64,000 nucleotides of DNA from Phoronis australis (taxonomy: Eukaryota > Animalia > Phoronida), in contig NMRA01000421.1 in the NCBI GenBank assembly GCA_002633005.1, positions 138,171 through 202,170 of the forward strand. The letters are read 5' to 3'. Shown here piece by piece: positions 26,101 to 38,100 of the stretch (the first letter of the stretch is position 1; each line of letters opens with the position of its first letter). Under the pieces are notes generated by a model, which made no database searches, was not told the origin of the DNA, and saw only the letters and a program-made list of their open reading frames with translations. The position numbers and the translations under genes were made by a program.

Positions 26101-29100
26101 AAACTCAGAAAAAGTGGAAAACGAGATAAAACTCCATTAAAAAGCCAGGAACTGCCAAAATGCGGCGAATGCACAATTCATGGCTCTTAACGTACCCCGT
26201 GATTCTTAGTAAAAGGTCCACATTCTCAAAAATTCGACACCCCCCCTCCATTTAGGCTGGGTGCGCACATGATGGTAATGCCATAAGTTAAGATCACAAA
26301 GATGCGAAAACCAATAGATGGTGTTGTTTCTGTACTGAAAGGATTTCAAACAATTTTTTTAATCTGCAATTGTTGATATCTATTTACCTTGGATTAATTT
26401 TGCTGTTGTATGTCTGGTCAACATTTGTGACTTCAGGAGGTCTTTTCAAGGCATAAATAACTCTAACATGAATTTTCGGCTCTAAAACATGTTGTGTCCC
26501 TTTCAGGAATCTACCACAAAGGATATCAACGTTAGGTGGTTTCAGAGCAAAACAGTACACAATATTCTTTCGGTAAATAGGTTTTTAGCCAAAATTTAGA
26601 TTGGTGATACCAATTTTGGGTTTTTGTAATTAAGTGAATCTGCCACAGTTTTGGCAGGCATACAGTTGTGCGTATTTTCTTAAGGCGTGTGTTAATGTGT
26701 GTATGAAGGGATCTCGTCTGTGTATTTTTCTCGCACACCCCCATGTTCCTGTCGTTATAGGTGGTTGCCGAGAAGATGGGACTAGACACGAGCAACAATG
26801 TGAGCTTGTGGAAGGATCAAGCCTTGCTAGAGATGAACATTGCCGTCCTCCATAGTTACCAGGTAATGTTGCGTTTTCAACTAATCGCCTACGTGGCGGT
26901 TAAATTTTTCTATGGATACTAGCTACAAGATTCGTTTGTGCTGTATCGCCCAACGTGTTAAATCAGTCATTAATAAACCAATATGCAACAATCAATAAAT
27001 TGGGATTTTATAAAGTGAATGTTTATTGGAGAAAATACGAGAACAACAGATGATGCACTTCATTTCACAGTTGAACATAGTATCCCAGGTCTCTTAGTAA
27101 CGGTTGACTTCGAAAATGAATTTGATTCTGTGTCGTGGAAATTCATATACAGCATTATGTGTTTTTTCAATTTTGGAAAAAAAATCGTAAATTGTGTTCG
27201 CTTTCTGAACAAGGGTGCAAAACGTTGTATTATTCAAGATGGCTTCACGTCACAGTTTCTCGAAATTGGTCGCGGCTGACGTCAAGGATACCTTCTCTCT
27301 CCCTATCTGTTCATTATTTGTGCCAAGATTATGACCACAATGTTTCGCCAAAATAGTAATGTAAAACATACCAATGAGGTTCATTGCAAATAAAAAAATT
27401 TTACAGTATGCCGATGATAAAGTTATCTGTCTGGATGGCTCCAACAAATTTGTTGGACCAGTTTTACAAGTTCTCAGATTTGAAACCCAGCCTAGGAAAA
27501 ACTCATCGTATATAGATCAGCTCAATGAAACTTAGTGCATTACGTTTGTGTCCAGAATTTGATCTCTCTTGGCGTAGACATTCATTTACCGCCCTTGGTA
27601 TCAACTTCCTTAATTTAAGAGAAATGTTAACAAATAACTACATGTATAATGACAAAATTCGTGAAATCAGATTGACGTTAACAAGGTGGTCCAAAAGGTC
27701 GTTAACACCTTTTGGGAAAACTAACTGTCATTAAATACTTTGCCCTGTCAAAATTGGACCATCTCTTGACAACATTGCCCTCTCCGTTAGAAGACTTTTA
27801 AGTCTTCTAACATTAAAATTGAATTGCTGGATAAATTATTTTTACAGTTTCATATGTGGCAATAAACCTGACAAAATTACGAGTACTACCTTGATTCAAG
27901 TTGGTTCAACTGAAGTCAGTAATCAAATCCCTTAAAATTTCGTGGTTCACAAGACTGATACTTAGTGATGAGAGAGCACAGTAGAAAATTTTAATTTCTA
28001 CAAATGTCTTACTTTCATGTAACGCGTTTTATTTTCGGAAGGCCTGTTATCGTTCTCTCGCTTCTTCGGGTAGTATCAGTTTTGGGAAGAAGTTTTTCGT
28101 ATTGTTAGAGAATTGGTTGGCATGTTCATGGTTAGCAAGGCAAAGACTCCGTACCAGGCAATTTGGTTTAATCCCAGAATCTCAATTATTGACAAGAAAT
28201 ACATTTTTATGAAGGTTGGTAAGCCACGGGCACTGTATATATTTACGATTTGTTAAATTCTCATGGTAATTTGATGTCTTACGAAGACTTTTGTAATTAT
28301 TATGGATTTTCTTTTAGTTACCATTCACTGTAGTTTTTGGGTTTGCGATTTGTTTTTCGTAACTTACTTAAACATGCGAATTTGTCCAAATCATTCTTCC
28401 TCACTGCCAAGAGTTTATTAGCACTTTACTTAACACATGTAAAATCGAAAACGGTTTGTATGATAAATTTGTTAGTTGCTAATATACAAATTAACTAAAT
28501 TTCAAAGTAAGTGGGAAGATTGTCTTAACAGAGAACTTTCAGGTGAATGGTGGAGAACTGGCTATAGAGAAAAGACACGAATCTTAAATGGTTCCAAGTA
28601 AGACTTATTCACAGAATTCTTGGCACAAATTGTTTTTTTATTTAAAATAGGTATAGTTAACTAACCATTTTGTACATTCTGTGGAAAAGATCTCGAGAAT
28701 CTGCCATGAATTTTGAAAGTGCGAAGTTATTCACAATTTTTGGAAGTTAGTGAACAACTGGTTTACTGCTAAAACAGGGATTGTTATTAGCTTTACTTTG
28801 AAAGATATTATATTTGGGAAAGCGGGGGTCAAACATGTGGTTTTTCTCTTTATTTGCTAAGTGAAACGTCCTAAACATGAAGATAAGTTTAATTCCAGAC
28901 CTCTCTGCTTGCAATGGCTGAAAACGAAATTTTTGAATATCATAACAAAGTAAGTTACTGTAAGAGCTTGAATTATGAGCATTTTAGAAAAAGATGGATC
29001 CCCGTAGAGGGATTTTTTGTCTAACAGTGTAATAATTGAATGTGTGACTATAATCGATTCCGGTATGAATGGGGTGTGTATAGTGTTAAAATACGCAAAA

Positions 29101-32100
29101 ATGTGTATTTACACCGCGGTTGTAGGAGTAATGTTTATAACATGCATCACACTGTTCTTTTGTAAGCTGTAGTTGTGAATATAATAAAAGTATTTAAAAA
29201 TTCGATTGATTTGAAACTGTGTGTGGCAAGGGTCTTGCATTAATAAATTGAAACTTACGACAAAGCAATCATTTGGATAACTACAGAAATCGATGTTTTC
29301 AGTTTAAGTTGGAAGTTTAGTTGCTGCTGTATTTTAACGTAGGGATGTGCTTGATTCGTAGCATTAGTAACATTGTGTTGTCTGTTCAACAGTCTGCAGG
29401 GGTGTCGATGGTAGACCATCACTCGGCGTCAGAAAGCTTTATGCGCCATCTTGAAAATGAAAATCGTTTGCGAGGTGGTTGCCCTGGTGACTGGATATGG
29501 ATAGTTCCACCGATGAGCGGCAATTTGATGTCTGTCTTCCATCAAGAGATGCTTCTCTATAACCTGAAACCGTCCTATGAATACCAGGTAATAGCAGTTA
29601 TAGAGAAAAAGTGTAACTGTTACAGTAGAGTCGTGTGTGCTTTCATGACTTAGCTGAGAGGGCGTTTTCCACCCCGACAGGGGAGGGCACCGACGGGAGT
29701 AAGGAGGCACAAACCACCGGGCGACGGCACAAAGTGTACTGATCGAAGGTCGGTAAAAAATAGGGACAATCCACGGGAGAACAACCCGACTTCGGTTGTG
29801 ACCGGAGGTGGACGACACAAAAAATGGTGACCATGACGGGAAAGCACGAAATGCGAAATTGATGGCGGCTGTGGAGCACCATCGTCGAAATTCCTAACTA
29901 TTCCGCAGTTTGCGGCAATGCATGTCACGTGACAATACATCATCTGTTTCTTCTGGTAGTTTTTGCTGCATTTCAAAGAAAATATTTAATTTCAGTTCTC
30001 TATATCGTCATCCTCCCAGTTGCACTCACCCGGTGTACAGACATAACCATCATCACCGTGGCACCTTCTCACCATCGTCACCATCGTCATCATTGTCTCC
30101 GTCACAGGTTCATCAGTATATTTAAATTGTTGTTTTTTATTCTTTTTGTTGGTCTTGTTGTTACTGTTGTTGTTGTCCTTGTATTGTATTTATTTTGTGT
30201 TATAACAGCGCAAGGCTTGGGAAACGCATGAATGGAAAAACACGCAGCTGAAACCACATGTCAGTAAACGGCAAGAGAAGATTAAATTCAAAGATCTGGC
30301 CAGGTAACTCTGTCTTTTGGAAGCAAAAATGGCACCTTCACAGTGTCACAAAACTGAGATTTTGGATTCGTAGTTAAAGTAGCACCAGTCTCACATCTGA
30401 CAAATCTTAAGTTTGTCACTCCGTTTGGGCCAGCGTTTTTTTCAAGACTGGCAGTGGATGTTCATTCCTGTTGTCTTTGAAATTCCCACTTCCTCGCAGC
30501 AGCTGCCCACTGTTTTACCCAAGGACGAGAAATTGACCAACGCTGACATCATCGAGATCTTATGTCATCTGCATAAGAATTAGCCACCAATTGACTGTAT
30601 ATTATCTTTTGGATCACGTCCGTACTGTTGTAGATACATATGTTCCATTGTGATTTCCATAAGACAGAGATTGAATCGTGAGCTGCAAGACATAAGTTTG
30701 CGTTTGCAGCGAAACATCCTCACTTACATGGAACGGAAACAGTAATTTTAGCACTACAGCTTGACCGACCAATCACTTCGGTGGCCGCCATTTTGCTTGG
30801 ATAGACAAGTGAGCTGCCGAGCATAATCGCGAAACACTCTCCTTTCACTCGCAAGATCTTGCTTTTCTCACAAGTTAAGTCTACGTGTGTCACCTGGCTT
30901 CTTAAACTGCCCGTAGTCTGGCGTGTGTTCAGTAACGCCAGGACCTACGCTAGGACCTAGCTGAAATCTAACATGTTACGTGTTCTCATTAAAATACACG
31001 GCAACATCTCACGCAATCTCACAAAGTCTTGCTTTTTAGCGAGGACCTAGTGTTACTGAACGAGAGGCTGGTCTCAGGCGGAGGAAGGACGTATTTGAAA
31101 AACTTGGCTGAATGACCTACCGCGATGGTACATCCTGTATACCTGCACCTATTCTTAAATATAGTGTAAAATGTAATAAGCGCTAGGTAAGCTTAATGGT
31201 TTCTCTCTTGGTGTTGTAAGACGTCATGAGAGCAATGCTTATCCTTAGACATTGCCACGAAGAAACTGCTTTGAAATGATTGGCTATTACAGGGCAGTAA
31301 AGTTTAGCGCAAAGCTTATGACGAAAGCAATGGCCAATCGAGTCAAGTGTACTGTTGTTTATGGGAGTGAAACTGGTCGATCCAAGCACTACGCGCAAGT
31401 CTTGTCCAACATGTTCAACCGCGCTTTTAGTTCTCAGGTTAGCCTATTCTTTGTCTCAAACGCGTCTTTAGGTCTCAGGTTAGTCCATTCTTTTTCTCAG
31501 ACGCGCCATTACTTCTCAGGCTTACATATTCTTTGTCTCAAATGCGCCTTTAGTTCTTAGGTTAGCCATTTCTTTGCGCGTGATTTTTACGTCTTTAAAA
31601 CGCCTGTTGTTCTCTTTCGAAGTTAACCGATTTCCTTACGTCGGCGTTAAGACGTTTTTTCCTGGATTTTGGTTTCCTCAGATTTCAGCATTTGCCTTTT
31701 ACACGAAAAGTTACACGGTCGATTTGTTTGTTATATGTTAAAGTCCCTTGTGTTTCCACGTCTTAGAATCGGCTTGTAGACATAATAATGTTTCCATTCC
31801 ACTTAAAATTTGACTTTTAACAGAAGAAACAACGTTGAAATAGCCCAAAGAACTGAGTTTAAAATGGCTAAAAATCAGCTATAAATGGACAGACGTTTCT
31901 ATGTGTGAACATTTCTGTATAGGTGCTGTGTATGGATGAATGCAGTTTAATCGAGCTTTATGACGTACCTCTGGTGCTCTTTGTGACCAGCACTTTTGGT
32001 AATGGAGATCCGCCAGAAAACGGAGAGGTAAGCATATCAAACGGGGGCGAGATATGTAACGTCAGTCCCTCGAGAGACACTTGCGGGGTGAATCCTTGGC

Positions 32101-35100
32101 TTTTATTTATACAACGGAAAGATTGAGTAGTCTTGGATTTTGCCATTTAATTTTCGCCCATATTTCAGCCTACCAATCACTTTCAGTGGCTGTCGTTTTG
32201 CTATGATGTGCCAACATTGTCGCGAGTTCACTCGCAAAACACTAGCGATACCTTACGTCACATTAGTGCGATCTTGCGTCATATTGCCAAGCATACAAGA
32301 CGCTCGCCTTGCGGAACGCACCACCAGTCAACACCAATAAAACACAAAAAGCCACAGGCGGATTAAGGGCAGCTCGACCATACCACCTAAGGACATGACC
32401 GTGTCGCTGTAGGGAATTACGCTGACAATTTTCCTTTGAAAGATATGGTCACCTCTTTAAGACAACCTTAATACAACAGTGGACAGAACTTTTCTAATTC
32501 ACGTTTCTGGGAAAAACATTGCTTGAAATTAAGACAGCGTGCTACGCCTGGTGAATCGTCTACAACGACCTATGGTAAACATAGTCTTTATACAACGACC
32601 CATGGTAAACATAGTCTTTATACAACGACTTATGGTAAACATAGTCTTTAACCCAAGTTGTTAGAACAACCCTTTGTAAATTTTTCATAATACTTGTTAT
32701 TTGTCTGGGAGTTTGAAAATCGTTAACCTTGGTAATGGACGAATTGGCATTTATTCACGTGCTTTTATTCAAAGGTCCGTGTTACTGACACAGCAACAGA
32801 AATTTCTTTTTCCCTGTTAAGTTTAACAACACGCTCCGTGAAAATAGGGGTCAGATAATTTCATTTAAGAGCTGTGCTTGGCCGACTGTGGGAAAGATTT
32901 TTACTGTAATGTGCATTCATTCCTGTATTGATTGTTACCGGTAGCATTTCATTTCAGGCATTTTACAAAGAACTGAAGATCGCATCAAAAGGATCTTCCA
33001 GGTAATATTTCTTTTCACAGGTATGAAGTTTAAGAACGCTACTTACTTGAAAATTTCTCTCGGCTTCGCAGAGTCCCGTATTTCCTTTCACCGTTACCCG
33101 AGTAGCGTTCAATAGCTGTCTTGCGGTGAGAAAAAACAGGCTTAAAGCACGTGTTCTTATTGAAAATACACGGCGATATCTCGCGGATTCTCTCGACATC
33201 TTGCTTTTCTAGCGAGGCACTAGCGGTTACTACACTGACTTCACTTGGTATGCTGAGTCAACTGACTAAGACATCTAATTGGTTTGTAAGCCGGAAGTCG
33301 TCATCGAGAACCAATCGGTTTTCGTGCCCGGTTGACCGGTGCAGCCCCTTAGTCAAGCAATTGCAGCCCCTGTGAATATAAACCAAGGTTTTCTCCAGAC
33401 AAACTCGGACGTATACTTGGATATATGTTTAGGGCTTAACTGTCATATTCAAATATTCTCACAGGGCATATTTGGAAGTGACGAATTTACGCTGGGGTAT
33501 ATTCCTGTAGGCCCAAAGTAGCAAACTGAAAACAAAGGAGTCAATACCCAACATTGTATTTGTACGATTTTCCGGCAGCTTATTGTTGAAGATTTACTTA
33601 ACTTAATGTTTTGTTGTTCATTTCCAATGAAACTAGTGGAAGTTTTAGGATCGAACCATGTATATTTTCCCAAATGTACGCCCTGGGAGTTTCTGCAGTT
33701 GGGTATATCAAAAGTTGACTCTTGAGCTTACAAAAAAGTTCGATTAGCGGTAGTGGTATAACTAGCAGTAATACTAGATGAAGTGCTGCTACTGCTATTG
33801 CTACTATTAATACTACTTCTAGTCCTACTTAACCAGTACTCCAACTTGTACTTCTGCTAGTACTGTCGGAGGTCCTAAATTGGTGAGAGATCTTATTTCC
33901 TCTTCTGCGCTGTCCCGCGACATCTAGCGTTGAAGTTTCCAGCGTTCGTCTGCTTACGAACGTCAAACGAATACCCGGACATGTTGATACTCACAATATG
34001 ATAATAAAAAGTGAGTGAGTGGCGTCTTTTTTCTAATGTATCTTAAAAACAGCATATTTCACTAATTCACTTTTTGTGCATTTTCAGAATATATATTCGA
34101 AAACATACATCGTTGAGGTTTGCTCAAACGCGCACTCCAGGGGTAGCTTGAACAATGTATCAAAATGTCTTAGGGTCGATCAAGCTTCGTAAAGCCAAAG
34201 CAATAAAATACAGAGAGATAATTGATGCTGGGTTTTTAGCGTTTTACGTAAACATCCTCATTGGAAACTTCTGTGCTCATCGGAGTTGGATGCTAAACAC
34301 ATGACAATTTATTTCAATTGAAACTGAATTAATAAACAACGCAATGCGTTTTTGTGTCGTCTAGAGTAACTGTAAGCACTGTAGTTGATTTGTGCGGCCT
34401 TTCTGTCTATACGAAACGGTCACGACTTTAGGAGCTCATTCAAAATGGCCGGCGATACGAGCGACCGTTTCAAAACTCTGCTTACGGAGACAAACACGGG
34501 TTAAGACCGGAAGAAACACGTATATTTGTGAAGGCTGATACATGTTCATGACATTGCATGAGCAGTTCCTAACGGACATTGGGTAGTAGTGCAATCAGCT
34601 GCTTTTTATCCTTATATTAACGACATTAGGTCACCGGTGTCTACTACTAGTACAACTGCCAGCACTACTGCCAGTACTATTTCTAGTACTACTTGTTTCA
34701 ATAGTGCTGGCAGTACAGTTGTACTAGCAGTATTACTAGTAGTTGTTCTAACAGTAGTACTAGCAGTAGTATTAGTTGGGTAGTACTAAAGCAACTGGTA
34801 CTAATTCCCTTATTCCGCACTACATCTCTTCTCGGCCGTGAGATAAGATTATATTGATTGTACAATGGTGCCGCTGTGCGCACGACGGGCTTCGCCGTCT
34901 TTTGTCCCTCTGAACCGTCGAGAAGGGGTGAAATGTGACATCCCCCATCCAAGGATATTTCTATTCCACTTCCTTGAATCGGCATTGCTGCTCACGGTAC
35001 ATCAGTAATACTTTCCGGAAATGACTTAAATATGATGTAAAATATTCAGACGACAGATGCTATCATGTCAATCTCCCTAGGAGCGAAAGCGAGGCTGCTG

Positions 35101-38100
35101 ACCTGACTGCAATATGTGGAGGTGTACCGCTATTTCGTACCTCACAGCGTGGGAGAGCGATCAGTGCGAAAAGTGGGATTGTAGCAGCAGCAATGGTAGC
35201 ACTACCAGAAGTAGTAGTAGCAGTACAGGGATGTGCTTTAGAAACAGTGCCTCTCGAGCACATGTGGTCTTCTGCTGAGTAGTAGTGGACGTGTGATTCT
35301 CGCGAAAATGGCGTCGCACTCTGTTGTTCAGGAACGACTCCGCAAAATTTCCTGACATTTTTCCTTTTCAGAAGTTTTGAATATACTATTTTCGCATTGA
35401 GTACTTCAAATGGCTGATTTACAATGTACAATCCATCTCGGGCGTATTTTAGGCTTTCAAAAAGATATAGGGTTCTTTGAGCACGAAGACAATTTTTTAC
35501 AATATGGCTTCCCTTGGTAGAAGTTTTCGTTGCATTTATGAACATAGGAGGACATAATAAACTTTATTTGTTTAACGGAACAGTATACACTGAAAAGTAT
35601 CCAGAGGATCTTCTGTGTCATCAATTTATACGTAAGGTCTTATTCATAAGAAATATTCGCTGAAGAGGACGGTTTTGATTTTGGCCTGTAATAATCTAAT
35701 TTAGTGTTAATAAATGGTATTTCTCTTCTTAAATATATTTATGCGATAATATGGACTCGTCTTACTTATACCTCACTTTTTCTTTCATTCGGACTTGTCC
35801 ACTAATGCTTTGCGTAGATTCGCATACTCTCATTAGCACACGACGTACTAGGACATTTCATAACCAGCCTCAATATGGGTTCGTTTCTGTCATGTGTCTC
35901 GAGTTTGGTTAGCTCCTGGCTCCTATTGGCAGATGATTATCACTTGTCTTAAGGTTAACCTTTGTTCTCAGTAATCATATGTTTCCTGCCATTCCTTCGC
36001 TTTAGCAGCACTTACGTTTGAGTATAATCTCTCTTCATTTTTTCCACTCACTACCACCCCTTTTTTCCGGTGGTTCCTCTTACCTGAGTGCTGCGCTTTT
36101 TAATGCCCATATTTCAAGAGATTATTATTTTATGTTTACTTATTATACTACACTCGTATTTTTTACCCTGATCAGTCATAATAAATGACCTTTATTTCGC
36201 CTATATACGGTCCTTTTTATCTCTAGAAAAGTAGCTTCCGACGCACTTATCATTTTGGGACATACTTCGAACATAAAGTATTTTTCAAAAATCTCATTAA
36301 GCTTCAGATGCTCATTTACAAGTTACCAATCAATATGGATGCCGTTAAAAGCAGAACTGCACTGTTGACAGGAGAGTCTGTCTCGTTCACCGCCGGTAGG
36401 CTGTTGAAAACATCTAAATGCTAATCCTAGGTAGTCTACGGTTTACTTCCGCTTGCGAAAACGGGCGAACTTTTACGACTAGTGTCACTGATACGAAGTT
36501 GATTTACTAGCCTGGTGTAAGTTCAGAGGCAGTTAATTGGTTGATTGGAAGGTTTAACTTAGTGATATTGATATGAGATGACATTTCCAAAGGAAAATGG
36601 TATCTTAATGTTTAACATTGCTGACGTGACATACTCTAAAAAGATCATTGGATCTTAAATTTACAGACCAATTCAATCCATCACGAACCATACCCGATCG
36701 AAGTTGAGACGCGCATTGACGTTAGACCAATCACCAGATGTGTTGGAAAATATCCAGTAAGTATAGAATTCGGCAAAAGAATGCCTTCTAGCGTATGAAT
36801 TTTACGTTCTTCTCGTAACTGGTGCATTTGAACGTAACATGCTGAGCAGAAGTTGGAACATTTGACAGCGAAGCTCTGTAAAGTTTATAAAAATGTGAAC
36901 GGTGGTCGTGTTTAATTGTTTTAGCATAAAGTTATTTAGATGCGCCTATAGAATGCATCACAAATGATATTTTTTTCATCCATTTGCACATGATAGAATG
37001 AGAAACACCAGAGAACTTAAGATTAAATTCACGGGGTGCAGTATTAGTCATGTGAAAACTAGCAAATGCAGTCTTGCGGAATACTGCCGAAAAATACTGA
37101 AAGAACCACTAAGCGGTAACCCAGCACTCAGATCCATCAAACAGTTGACGCCAGTCATCCTCATAATAATAGACACGTGTATCCTACAACAATTCATTAC
37201 CTCAAGTCTGAACTACCCAAAAATGGGTAATTGCTGCCAAATCCCATTGAGATTCTTCTTTACTTGATAGATGAGACAAACGCAAGAAAACTAATGCTGC
37301 AGCTAGCCAGTATAACAGTAAGCGTAACTGACCAAATATTGCTGCCTGTCAGGTTTCCACTCACTATAATCACCCGTGTCGAATTTAGCAACGATTTTCA
37401 AACCATTTGGCATTTAGAAAAATTGCCACTAGGGACGCACAACAAGTCGGAACTGTGTGAAAATGGGCAGGTGTTGTTTTCTTCGAAGGGCATGGTGGAT
37501 GCAGATGCAAACGCTAAAAAACTAAAGTTGTCACCAAGGGGCATAGCAGTAGTTAGCGAAAAGCATCTTCTCTTTCGTAGAAACATGACTTCCAAAGTTC
37601 ATGAAGATCCTTCAAGCAGTGTTGTAGTTATGCGGGCTGACGCTGGACGTTATAAGCACAGACCAATATGACTGCAATATGCACCCAAATATGGTGTCTG
37701 GGTTCGTGAACAGCGAAAAGCATAATTACTTAGTTTTGTGAATCTATGCGTCTTTGGTCTACATTGCATGGTAATTTCCAGTTAATGTTCCGTCTACTTA
37801 AAGGAGAATGCCACCCAAAAAACAACCTATTTTGTATCAGTTTAGAACGAGTAGTTCTACTCGATAATGCCATGTTCGGTTGCGTTACCTGACACGTACC
37901 TGACGGCAGACGGAGGTGTTGAAATTATCAATGACGTAGTTGGTTTCACACGCAGTCTCAGTAGTTCACAACACGGTTTAATGGTGTCAGCTTATCGCAT
38001 GAATTCATCGTTTAACACCAATAAATCATCAAACTTCGATGTAAAACCCTTAAAAATACACCGAGTTCTTATAAAAACGTGCTGTTTTATTTCGCTGTTA

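Noticed and set aside
35041-36420. Further possible exons in intron 13 (AG sites near 35080, 35371, 35604, 35817 and 36226) and the 160-aa minus ORF 35063-35545
   Set aside because: They have incompatible phases, in-frame stops or weak splice sites, and no NOS similarity; the ORF is partly low-complexity.
36998-37671. 146-aa and 89-aa ORFs as a nested gene or LTR-element relic
   Set aside because: No recognisable motif; a homology search would be needed.
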